Assembly: GCA_963677435.1 (NCBI GenBank)
Contig: OY781945.1
Location: 1,408,001 to 1,472,000, forward strand
Length of the DNA: 64,000 nt
Origin: an uncultured Aliarcobacter sp.
GTDB taxonomy: Bacteria; Campylobacterota; Campylobacteria; Campylobacterales; Arcobacteraceae
Direction of reading: 5' to 3'
The notes under the pieces were generated by a model. The model was not told the origin of the DNA, ran no database searches, and saw only the letters and a list, made by a program, of their open reading frames with translations. The translations under genes were made by a program, and so were the position numbers. The stretch's first letter is position 1; the number at the start of each line of letters is the position of its first letter. Shown piece after piece: positions 10,168-19,053 of this stretch.

Positions 10168-10764
10168 ATGAAAACTGAAAAACCAACAACAAAGATAATA
10201 GCAGGGAAGTATAAGGGAAAAGTTTTAGAACTTCCCTCATTAGATGTAACAAGAAGTTCTAAAGCTAGGCTAAAAGAGTCTTTGTTTAATGTTTTACAGT
10301 TTGATATTATTGATAAAATTTTTATAGAATCCTTTGCAGGAAGTGGTTCTATTGGATTAGAAGCTATTAGTCGAGGAGCAAAAAGTGCTTATTTTGTTGA
10401 ACTTGACAGAAATTCATATCAAATTTTATTAAAAAATTGTAAAGCTGTTGACATGGAAAAATGTCAAACAGTTCAAGGTAATACTTTTGTACAAACTCCA
10501 TTATTTGTTGATTTTTTAAGAAATTCAAAAAATGAGATTGTTTTATATGTTGATCCTCCTTTTGATTATAGAGAAGGAATGGATGATATTTATGAAAAAT
10601 CATTTACTATGATTAAAAATATAGATGTTGATAATATTTATATGATTATAGTTGAGCATGTTTCAACTTTAGAAATGCCAGAAGTTTTGGGTAGATTTTC
10701 ATTAAATAAAACAAAAAAATTTGGTAAAAGTGCACTCTCTTACTATTTCTACACTCAAAAATAA
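10168..10764 (+). CDS. rsmD: 16S rRNA m2G966 methyltransferase RsmD
   Basis: IIAGKYKG, FAGSGSIGLEAISRGA and YVDPPF motifs. Confidence 0.92.
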   Translation: MKTEKPTTKIIAGKYKGKVLELPSLDVTRSSKARLKESLFNVLQFDIIDKIFIESFAGSGSIGLEAISRGAKSAYFVELDRNSYQILLKNCKAVDMEKCQTVQGNTFVQTPLFVDFLRNSKNEIVLYVDPPFDYREGMDDIYEKSFTMIKNIDVDNIYMIIVEHVSTLEMPEVLGRFSLNKTKKFGKSALSYYFYTQK

Positions 10765-10775
10765 AGAAAGAAAAT

Positions 10776-11576
10776 ATGTTTAAAGTAGCTTTATATTTAT
10801 TAATTACAGTTATTTTAGCAATTTTTTTATTGCCATTTTTATATACAGTTTCACCCTATGAATTAGACCCATCAAGAATTTTACAAGCGCCATCTTTTGA
10901 ACACTTATTTGGGACAGATAGATTAGGTCGTGATATGTTAGCTAGGATTTTAGAAGGTGGACAAACTTCGCTAATCATCGGATTTTTAGCCGCTTCTATC
11001 TCTTCAATTGTAGGGCTTTTTATTGGAATAAATGCAGGATATTTCAAAGGTAATATTGATAAAACTATTACAATTATGATTGATTTATTTTTGACATTTC
11101 CTACTTTTTTCCTACTTTTAGCTTTGGTTTCATATATTCAAGCATCAGCTGTTATTTTGATTATTGTGATTTCGATTACAGGTTGGATGGGAATGGCTCG
11201 AATGATTAGAAGTGAGAGTTTTGCCATTGGAAATAAACCTTTTATTAAGATTTTAAAAGTTGCAAATGTTTCTACATTTAAAATCATTTTTAAATATTTT
11301 GCTCCACTTTTAGCGCCAATATTTCTTATATCATTTACTTTTGGAGTAGGTGGCTCAATTCTAGCAGAATCAGGACTTTCATTTTTAGGTCTTGGAGTTA
11401 ATCCTCCTGCTATGTCTTGGGGAAGTTTATTAAGTGATGGAAAAGCTGTTATTGATATTGCATGGTGGGTTAGTTTTTATCCTGGACTTATGATATTTAT
11501 AATTACTTTTTGTTTGATACAAATTAGCGATTATCTTCAAGGTTTAGCAAATAAAAAAGAGATTATTCAAAATTAA
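10776..11576 (+). CDS. ABC transporter permease (DppC/OppC family)
   Basis: HLFGTDRLGRD and AESGLSFLGLG...WG motifs; multiple TM helices. Confidence 0.9.
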   Translation: MFKVALYLLITVILAIFLLPFLYTVSPYELDPSRILQAPSFEHLFGTDRLGRDMLARILEGGQTSLIIGFLAASISSIVGLFIGINAGYFKGNIDKTITIMIDLFLTFPTFFLLLALVSYIQASAVILIIVISITGWMGMARMIRSESFAIGNKPFIKILKVANVSTFKIIFKYFAPLLAPIFLISFTFGVGGSILAESGLSFLGLGVNPPAMSWGSLLSDGKAVIDIAWWVSFYPGLMIFIITFCLIQISDYLQGLANKKEIIQN

Positions 11577-11597
11577 TTTTAAAATTAATTTTGAATA
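11564..11597. repeat. Perfect 34-bp palindrome
   Basis: TATTCAAAATTAATTTT-AAAATTAATTTTGAATA overlaps the permease stop codon. Confidence 0.8.
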
Positions 11598-11670
11598 TAT
11601 AATTAACATATAATTTTAAAGCAATTTATTTGTATAATCAAAGCTTTTATTTCATATATAAAGGTTTTGT

Positions 11671-13374
11671 TTGAGTAAACTTATTAAAATATCGATATTG
11701 GTACTTTTTTTACCAATACTACTGCTAGCGGATGCAAAAGAAAACTCTGCTATTTATGGTGCATTTACCCTTTTACCTCCACTTGTTGCTATTGTTTTAG
11801 CTTTTATTACTAGAAATGTGATTTTCTCTTTATTTATGGGGATTTTTGCAGGTACTTTTATGGTTAATATTAGTGGGGCAAATATTTTTTATGCATTTTT
11901 TAGTGCATTTGTAGATTTGTCAGGAAAAATGGTAGGTTCCCTAGCTGATTCTTGGAATGCTGGGATTGTTCTTCAAGTTTTAACAATTGGAGGAATGATT
12001 GCTGTTATTACAAAAATGGGAGGCCCAAGAGCTATTGCCCAAAAATTAGCGGCTCGTGCTAAAACTCCTGCAAGTGCTCAACTTTATACATGGATTATGG
12101 GATTTTTCATATTTTTTGATGATTATGCAAATTCACTAATAATTGGTCCTATTATGAGACCTGTTACTGATAAGCTAAAGGTTTCTAGAGAAAAACTAGC
12201 TTTTATTATTGATTCTACTGCTGCTCCTATTGCTGGACTCGCACTAATTTCTACTTGGGTTGGATATGAGTTGTCTTTAATCAAAGATGCTTATGTTGCT
12301 ATTGGACAACCAGATATTAATGCTTTTGCTATTTTTGTGGAAACTCTTCCTTATAGATTTTATAATATTCTTATGTTAGCTTTTGTATTTTTCTCAGCTT
12401 ACACTTTAAGAGAGTTTGGACCTATGCACAAAGCTGCTGTTAGAGCTTATGAAACAGGACATGTATCAGACCCAAAATCAAAAGGTGTAATGAATCAAGA
12501 AAATTCATTTATGCTTCCAAAAGAAGGAACAGAGTATTCTATTTATAATGCAATAATTCCTATTTTAGTTTTAATTGTTGTGGCTATTGTTGGATTTTAT
12601 ATAAATGGTAAATCTTCACTTGAAGGAGAGGTTTTAAAAGCTGTTGAAGCTAATCCTTATTCATTTGCATCATTAAGAGATTGTTTTGGAGCAGCTGATG
12701 CTTCTATTGTAATATTTGAAGCGGCACTACTTTCTTCTTTAGTTGCTATTGGAATGGGATTAAAACAAAAGATTTTTGATTTACATGAAGCAATTGAAAC
12801 TTGGGTATTTGGAGTAAAAGCTTTAGTTATCACAGCTGTTATTTTGATTCTTGCTTGGTCATTAAGTGCTGTAATGAAAGAAGTGGGAACTGCTACTTAT
12901 TTAGTAACTTTATTATCTCATAGTACTCCACAATATATTTTACCTTCAATTATTTTTATTTTAGGTTCGATTATATCATTTGCAACTGGAACTTCTTATG
13001 GAACAATGGGGATTTTAATGCCTTTAACTATTCCACTTGCAAGTGCAATTGGTATTAATACTGGTCTTGAAGGAGTTGATTTACATAATTATGTAGTATT
13101 AAATATTGGAGCTGTTTTAACTGGTGCAATTTTTGGAGACCATTGTTCTCCTATATCTGATACTTCCATTTTATCATCTATGGCATCATCTTGTGACCAT
13201 ATGGACCATATTTCAACTCAGTTATATTATGCATTATTTGTAGCAGTTATTGCAGTTGTATGCGGATATTTACCAGCAGCCTTTGGAGTTCCTGTTTATT
13301 TATTACTTCCACTTGGATTGCTTGTAGTATTTTTAGTTATTCGATTCTATGGAAAACCATTTATGAAAGCTTAA
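11671..13374 (+). CDS. NhaC-family Na+/H+ antiporter-like transporter
   Basis: FFDDYAN, SREKLAFIIDSTAAP, SFATGTSYGT and GDHCSPISDT motifs. Confidence 0.9.
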   Translation: MSKLIKISILVLFLPILLLADAKENSAIYGAFTLLPPLVAIVLAFITRNVIFSLFMGIFAGTFMVNISGANIFYAFFSAFVDLSGKMVGSLADSWNAGIVLQVLTIGGMIAVITKMGGPRAIAQKLAARAKTPASAQLYTWIMGFFIFFDDYANSLIIGPIMRPVTDKLKVSREKLAFIIDSTAAPIAGLALISTWVGYELSLIKDAYVAIGQPDINAFAIFVETLPYRFYNILMLAFVFFSAYTLREFGPMHKAAVRAYETGHVSDPKSKGVMNQENSFMLPKEGTEYSIYNAIIPILVLIVVAIVGFYINGKSSLEGEVLKAVEANPYSFASLRDCFGAADASIVIFEAALLSSLVAIGMGLKQKIFDLHEAIETWVFGVKALVITAVILILAWSLSAVMKEVGTATYLVTLLSHSTPQYILPSIIFILGSIISFATGTSYGTMGILMPLTIPLASAIGINTGLEGVDLHNYVVLNIGAVLTGAIFGDHCSPISDTSILSSMASSCDHMDHISTQLYYALFVAVIAVVCGYLPAAFGVPVYLLLPLGLLVVFLVIRFYGKPFMKA

Positions 13375-13400
13375 TAAAAAGGAAGATTTCTTCCTTTTTA
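13375..13400. terminator. Bidirectional intrinsic terminator
   Basis: TAAAAAGGAAG-ATTT-CTTCCTTTTTA between convergent genes. Confidence 0.75.
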
Positions 13401-14219
13401 GATTTTATTTAACAATCTATCCATTAGTGAAGTTGATAAAATTCTTTTTAAAAATCCTAAGATATGAGTAGCTTTTGTCACATAATATCTAGGTTTTGGT
13501 TTTTTTGTTTGTAATATTTTTAAAACTACATTTGCAACACTTGAAGGTGGAAGATTAAAAGGTGCTTTATCCTCTTTTGTTTCAAGTCTTGTTTTTAACT
13601 CTTTTTTATAAATCTCTTCAAAAAAACTTCCCTCTATTTTAATATTTTTATTGAATTTTTTTAGACCATTTTCTCTAAACTTTGAAGTAACTGGACCTGT
13701 GTTTATAGTGCTAATAAAAATATTACTTCCCATTACTTCTTGTCTTAAAGTATCATTTAATCCTTCAATTGCATATTTACTTGCATTATATGCACCTCGA
13801 TATTTTAAAGAGATGATTCCTAAAACTGAGCTATGTTGGATGATTTTTCCAAAACCTTGTGCTCTAAATATTTTCATGGCTTGAATGGTTACCTCATGAA
13901 GTCCAAAAAAGTTTGAATCAAACTGTTTTTTTAAAACTTTTACACTCAAATCTTCCACAGCACCTGGCTGTCCAAAACCTGCATTATTAAAAACTGCATC
14001 AAGTTTTAAATCATTTTTCAAAATAGTTTCAAGTGCATATTTTATTTCATCTTTGTTTCTTACATCTATTTGAAAAGTCTCAAAACCTAAGTTCTTTAAC
14101 ATCTGCACATCTTTTTCTTTTCTTGCACTTGCATATACTTTAATATCATTCTTTTTTAATATAAGTGCAGTTTCAAGACCAATTCCAGAAGAGCAACCAG
14201 TTATTAATATATTTTGCAT
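13398..14219 (-). CDS. Short-chain dehydrogenase/reductase
   Basis: TGCSSGIG, NNAG and YNASK motifs. Confidence 0.92.
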   Translation of the reverse strand: MQNILITGCSSGIGLETALILKKNDIKVYASARKEKDVQMLKNLGFETFQIDVRNKDEIKYALETILKNDLKLDAVFNNAGFGQPGAVEDLSVKVLKKQFDSNFFGLHEVTIQAMKIFRAQGFGKIIQHSSVLGIISLKYRGAYNASKYAIEGLNDTLRQEVMGSNIFISTINTGPVTSKFRENGLKKFNKNIKIEGSFFEEIYKKELKTRLETKEDKAPFNLPPSSVANVVLKILQTKKPKPRYYVTKATHILGFLKRILSTSLMDRLLNKI

Positions 14220-14295
14220 AATTTTTAATCCATATAAATTTTTGAAATGGTATTATAATCAAAAAAAATATAGATAAGATTTAGGTAATAAAGCA

Positions 14296-15006
14296 ATGGA
14301 TGAAAAAGTTGTAATATTAAGTGGAGCAGGGCTAAGTGCAAGTAGCGGGATTTCTACTTTTAGGGATGAAAATGGTCTTTGGGAAAGACACAATGTAAAA
14401 GAGATTTGTAGCGCTGGGTGTTTGGATTGGAATTATGAAGCAACAGTAAACTTTTATAATCTAAGACGAGAAGATATAAAAGATAAGTTTCCAAATAATG
14501 CCCATAAAATGATAGCAAAACTAAAAGATAAATATCCACAAAAAGTGGAAGTTATCACTCAAAATATAGATGATTTACTTGAAAAAGCAAATTGTAAAGA
14601 TGTTTTGCATTTACATGGATTTTTAAAAGAACTTCGATGTATGAAGTGTGAGGAAATTGTTGATATTTCTTATTCACTTCAAAATGAAACAAACTCTACT
14701 TGTAAAAAGTGTAATTCTAAAATGAGACCAAATATAGTCTTTTTTGGTGAACTTGCTCCCAAATATGAAACAATGTATAAGATTTTAAAAGATTGTGGAT
14801 TATTGGTGGTTATTGGAACTAGTGGGCGAGTGATTGATGTAAGTTTTTTAACCCAATATGCTGATTATTCGATTTTGAATAATCTAGAACCAAGTGATGC
14901 TATTTATGATGAATGTTTTACGAAAGTTTATTATGAAAATGCAGATACAGCCTATGAAAAAATAGAGCAAGATATAGAAAATTTTATTAAAAATAGGAAA
15001 TTATGA
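14296..15006 (+). CDS. cobB: NAD-dependent protein deacylase (Sir2/CobB family)
   Basis: GAGLSASSGISTFRD, TQNID, HLHG, two CxxC zinc knuckles, RPNIVFFGE and GTS motifs. Confidence 0.88.
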   Translation: MDEKVVILSGAGLSASSGISTFRDENGLWERHNVKEICSAGCLDWNYEATVNFYNLRREDIKDKFPNNAHKMIAKLKDKYPQKVEVITQNIDDLLEKANCKDVLHLHGFLKELRCMKCEEIVDISYSLQNETNSTCKKCNSKMRPNIVFFGELAPKYETMYKILKDCGLLVVIGTSGRVIDVSFLTQYADYSILNNLEPSDAIYDECFTKVYYENADTAYEKIEQDIENFIKNRKL

Positions 15007-15785
15007 CAACAGAAGATAAAAAGATAAAAGAGCTTTTAGACAAAGAAGTATCTCAAAGAAATAATAACACAGAACTAAACTACGACAAACCAGATCCCTT
15101 AATGGTCGCAAGCAGATATGATGATGAGTTTATCATTCTTTTATGTGCTTTATTTGCCTACGGAAATGCAAAATTAATAGTAAAATTTTTAGATAGTTTG
15201 GATTTTTCACTTCTTGAAAAAAGTGATGAAATAATAGATAAAGAGTTAAATAATCACTATTATAGATTTCAAAATGCCCAAGATATACAAACAATATTTA
15301 AAACCTTTAAACGACTAAAAAATGAAGATAGTCTAAACAACATATTTGTAGATTCCTACAAAAAAGAGAACAATATTTTAGAGGGAATTGATGCTTTAAT
15401 TCAAAAAATTCACAACACAGCAAATCACAAATCACAAGGTTTCACATTTTTAATCTCAAGCCCATTTAAAAGAGATAAACAAAGAATCATAAAAGAGTTA
15501 GGAAATGCTCCTTATAAAAGATGGAATATGTTTTTGCGTTGGATGGTTCGTGATGACAATCTAGATTTAGGACTTTGGAGTGGCATAAATAAAAAAGATT
15601 TGATACTTCCACTTGATACTCACACCTTTAAAGTATCACAAAAACTAGGACTTTTAGATAGACAAAGTTATGATTTAAAATCAGCATTGATGATTACAAA
15701 TAAACTAAAAGAGTTTGATGAGTTTGACCCTATAAAATATGATTTTTCGCTTTATAGGATTGGGCAGGAAAAAATGGAATTTTGA
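15003..15785 (+). CDS. TIGR02757-like conserved protein (HhH-GPD-like)
   Basis: ALFAYGN, KRWNMFLRWMVR, PLDTH and DPIKYDF motifs. Confidence 0.8.
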   Translation: MTTEDKKIKELLDKEVSQRNNNTELNYDKPDPLMVASRYDDEFIILLCALFAYGNAKLIVKFLDSLDFSLLEKSDEIIDKELNNHYYRFQNAQDIQTIFKTFKRLKNEDSLNNIFVDSYKKENNILEGIDALIQKIHNTANHKSQGFTFLISSPFKRDKQRIIKELGNAPYKRWNMFLRWMVRDDNLDLGLWSGINKKDLILPLDTHTFKVSQKLGLLDRQSYDLKSALMITNKLKEFDEFDPIKYDFSLYRIGQEKMEF

Positions 15786-16759
15786 TGGATAAATTGCCAC
15801 AAAGAAGTGATTTAATTTATAAAGAGATTGAAGAGTTTCAGGATTATGAACTTACTAATTGTATTGCTTATGAGATGGCTATTAGAGATTCTCAACTTAG
15901 AATAAATATTTTGAATTGCTTTGAAGAAATAAGCGTCTATGTTTCTTCTCTAATAAATATTAAAGAAAAAAAAACTAGTAAATTATTAATTGAACTTATT
16001 GAGAATATTTTTCTAAATTATAATATAGATATTAGGGTTCATGGGAATATAAGATTTTTAGATTCATTATATTATATATCAGCAGAACAAAAAAATATGA
16101 TTGATGAAATATGTAATTATTTTATTGAAAAAGAGGATGTTAATAATACAATTCTGGAAAAGTATTTAGAAGATGAAGGTTTAGGATTCAAAGAATATTC
16201 TAATTTTTCTGGTTACACTATTAAACAAAATACTTTTATTAAAAACTTAAATAAACATTTTATCAATGATATTAATGATGAAGTAATAATTGGAAATATT
16301 AATAAAAGTGATATCTTGTTTCTTCCTAATTTTAGTAGACCAATAATTCCTATTGATAATAGAATAAGTCGTATATCAAAAATCGAACTTAATTTGAATA
16401 TTGATGTAGAAGAATTAGTTAGTTATATTAGATATATAAAAGCGGATTTAGACAATAAAAATTCTTCTATTTTGAAAAGCCCATTAGAAATGATTGAATA
16501 TGAATTTGAAAGTAATGATAATAAAAAAACTCCCAAAAAGCCAAAAGCTTCAGTTTATGCTGATTGGTTTTATATTTATGATTATTGGAAATATGAAAAA
16601 GCTTTAGGAAAAACTGATAAAGATATTTTTGTAGCTTTAGAAGTTGAAAATGAAGTTCCATATAAAGAAGATATGTTACGAAAAATCAGAGATAAAATGA
16701 AATATTTTATTGATGATTTTGGCTACAAAGAACTTATAACTGGTGTTAAAAATAGTTAA
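15782..16759 (+). CDS. Hypothetical protein at left edge of accessory block
   Basis: 325-aa ORF overlapping the upstream stop codon; no recognisable catalytic motif. Confidence 0.75.
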   Translation: MMDKLPQRSDLIYKEIEEFQDYELTNCIAYEMAIRDSQLRINILNCFEEISVYVSSLINIKEKKTSKLLIELIENIFLNYNIDIRVHGNIRFLDSLYYISAEQKNMIDEICNYFIEKEDVNNTILEKYLEDEGLGFKEYSNFSGYTIKQNTFIKNLNKHFINDINDEVIIGNINKSDILFLPNFSRPIIPIDNRISRISKIELNLNIDVEELVSYIRYIKADLDNKNSSILKSPLEMIEYEFESNDNKKTPKKPKASVYADWFYIYDYWKYEKALGKTDKDIFVALEVENEVPYKEDMLRKIRDKMKYFIDDFGYKELITGVKNS

Positions 16760-16760
16760 A

Positions 16761-16791
16761 GTGGTAAAAACTTAAACTCTTTTTTTACCAC
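16761..16791. promoter_or_regulatory. 10-bp inverted repeat (hairpin or operator)
   Basis: GTGGTAAAAA (16761-16770) / TTTTTACCAC (16782-16791). Confidence 0.5.
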
Positions 16792-16845
16792 ATAAAAATC
16801 AAACTTTTATTTTATAGTTTCATAAATAAACCAAAAAGGAAATTT

Positions 16846-17031
16846 ATGAAACAAAAATCCCTAGAACTTTACAACAATTCAAAAACACATTATTTAATAT
16901 GGATAATTATTTTTATCATATTAGTTTATTTCTTTTTTTCATACTTTAGTATGATAAATTACATGGAATTAATAGTTATTCTTAGAATAAATGAGAATAA
17001 AATTACAAATTGTAAAAAATATCAATTTTAA
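16846..17031 (+). CDS. Small hydrophobic ORF (61 aa, one TM helix)
   Basis: AAGGA ribosome-binding site upstream of ATG; hydrophobic stretch YLIWIIIFIILVYFFFSYFSM. Could be spurious. Confidence 0.4.
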   Translation: MKQKSLELYNNSKTHYLIWIIIFIILVYFFFSYFSMINYMELIVILRINENKITNCKKYQF

Positions 17032-17307
17032 AGTCATATAATAGTTTGTCCAAGCCTATACAGAAAAATATTCTTTGTGTTTTTATATACCAGTTTTCTT
17101 AAAATTTTGATGAAGATATTAATGCCTAATTAGCTATAATTGCTGTTAGCAAGTTTAATAAATTGATTGAAATTCTTTTAAAATTAAACTAAAAATTAGG
17201 CTTTTACTCATGCAGAAAAAGACTATTCCTTTTCGTAATTAACACTCAAGAAAAAACTTTTATAATAGTATTTTAGGAGATTCTAAAAGATAAATGGTAA
17301 CTATACA

Positions 17308-18486
17308 ATGACAACAAATATAAATCCAAAAGAATTTATCAAAGCGCAAAATGATGCAAAAGATGCGATTATTGAAGCTCATTTTAAAGGTAGTATTGAA
17401 TATGTAGAGAATATTCCATATTATAATTCTACTAATAATAAAGATTTATCCTTATCTATTGAAAAACTAATTGATTTTAATGTATTTGATTATGATGAGT
17501 ATTCTTATTCTTTGTTATTAAGCGATGATTACAACGCTCATTTGAGAACTTATACAGATGTAAATATCAAAGATATTGAAGATAAACAAAAAACTATTAA
17601 GAAGTTGATTAGAGATATTAAGATTAAAAGAAAAGATAATAATGATTATTCAAGTGAAATAAAAAGAATAAACTCTTCTTTTAGAAATATCAAAAAGATA
17701 ATATATAGAGCAATAGAATCTTTAAATGAAAAAGAGATGAAATTCAAAGCTGAAGTAAATTTTGAAGTAAAAAAAGCAAATTTATATGATTGCAAAGCTG
17801 ATTTAACTGCCTTATCAGAAGCAGTTACAAATACTGATAAGTTTTTGATAGAGTACAAATCATATTTTATAGATGAACTTGCAAATGAATCTATATCTTT
17901 TCATATTAATCAATTAGCCCATCATATCCATGATGTAAGAGAAAATATAAGTAAAACACTAAATGAGCTTTCAAAATATCTTATTCATATTGAAAAAGAA
18001 GCTAAAAAGATTGAAAAATTAAATCACTTGTATAAGTTAAAAGTTAATGGTGAATTATTTGAAAAAAGTAATATAGAATCTGTATTTATTAGATTGAAAA
18101 ATATAGCTGAACCTATTAATATCAAATCTCAATACATGAATGATAATGAGTTAATTGAAGCTATAGTAAATCTTGCAAAAGAAAAAAATATTTCTTTGCC
18201 ACAAGAGATAAAAATAGAAGAGACAAGACCTGAAGCTGTAACGCTTGAGCAAAATAAAGTTGCAAAAGAAAAAATGATATTAGGAACTAAAAAAGTTTAT
18301 AATAATTTCATCAAACAAGATATGGATTTAGCTTCATTTTTAAAACAAAAAGATTTAGATAAAAAACAATTTTTATCTATTTTTATTAGACTGACATTAC
18401 AATACAATAAGTTTTTATCTATCTCAAAAGATATAAGTATAGAACATAAAGGTATAAAAGTGCCGTATATTACAAAAAGGGGATAG
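17308..18486 (+). CDS. Putative JetA/MksF-like (kleisin) subunit of SMC-nuclease system
   Basis: 392-aa helical protein, first of four tightly packed genes ending in SMC ATPase + Toprim. Assigned by position and size only. Confidence 0.6.
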   Translation: MTTNINPKEFIKAQNDAKDAIIEAHFKGSIEYVENIPYYNSTNNKDLSLSIEKLIDFNVFDYDEYSYSLLLSDDYNAHLRTYTDVNIKDIEDKQKTIKKLIRDIKIKRKDNNDYSSEIKRINSSFRNIKKIIYRAIESLNEKEMKFKAEVNFEVKKANLYDCKADLTALSEAVTNTDKFLIEYKSYFIDELANESISFHINQLAHHIHDVRENISKTLNELSKYLIHIEKEAKKIEKLNHLYKLKVNGELFEKSNIESVFIRLKNIAEPINIKSQYMNDNELIEAIVNLAKEKNISLPQEIKIEETRPEAVTLEQNKVAKEKMILGTKKVYNNFIKQDMDLASFLKQKDLDKKQFLSIFIRLTLQYNKFLSISKDISIEHKGIKVPYITKRG

Positions 18487-18487
18487 T

Positions 18488-19053
18488 TTGAATTTATTAC
18501 AATTAGAAGATTATAAAGAAATCTTTCAAGTGATTGAAGATTGTCGAGTAAATGGTAGATTCATTAATGAAAATAGTACTGATTATAAAATAAAAGAAGC
18601 ATATAATTTTATTTTACAATATAGACAAGAAGTAAAAACTTATTTTAGTATTATAGGTTATTCACTTATTTCTGAGAAGGGTTATTTTTACTTTATAATT
18701 GAAGGCTATGAAACTATTCCTAAACCTTATGTTAATTCTTACATTGATTACATAGATATATACAGATTTTTAAAACTATTAAATACTAATATCAGCTCAT
18801 CAGATGGTGGTCCATATAGTGCTAGTGATATTGAAAGTAGATTAAATGGTGATATAGAGTTAAAAACAATGGTTGATAAATGAACTTTTTAAAGAAGCGT
18901 TCAACTAATCGTGAAGCTATTGATTCAATTATTTTAAGATTAAAAAATGATGGATTTGCCCAAAGTATGGGAAATAAAGAAGAGGAGTTTTTAATACTTC
19001 GTTCATTTAAATTCATCGAAGATATGATAGAGGAAATAGAATATGAATTATAA
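18488..19053 (+). pseudogene. JetB/MksE-like (KITE) subunit split by a 1-nt frameshift
   Basis: ORF 18488-18883 stops at GAT AAA TGA. The -1 frame from 18880 continues MNFLKKRSTNREAIDSIILRLKNDGFAQ...LILRSFKFIEDMIEEIEYEL to TAA at 19053, overlapping the SMC start. Confidence 0.7.

Noticed and set aside
14296..15006. Sirtuin near a defence operon as a possible anti-phage NADase (Thoeris/DSR-type)
   Set aside because: It is a stand-alone 236-aa CobB-type deacylase with the zinc-binding module and sits among housekeeping genes.
16795..16830. Fragments resembling a Campylobacterota dif (difH) site
   Set aside because: Arm order and spacing do not fit, and no Xer recombinase gene is nearby.
18870..18890. 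Programmed -1 ribosomal frameshift in the JetB-like gene
   Set aside because: No X XXY YYZ slippery heptamer at the junction, and the -1 frame has stops (TGA TAA) immediately before the ATG.
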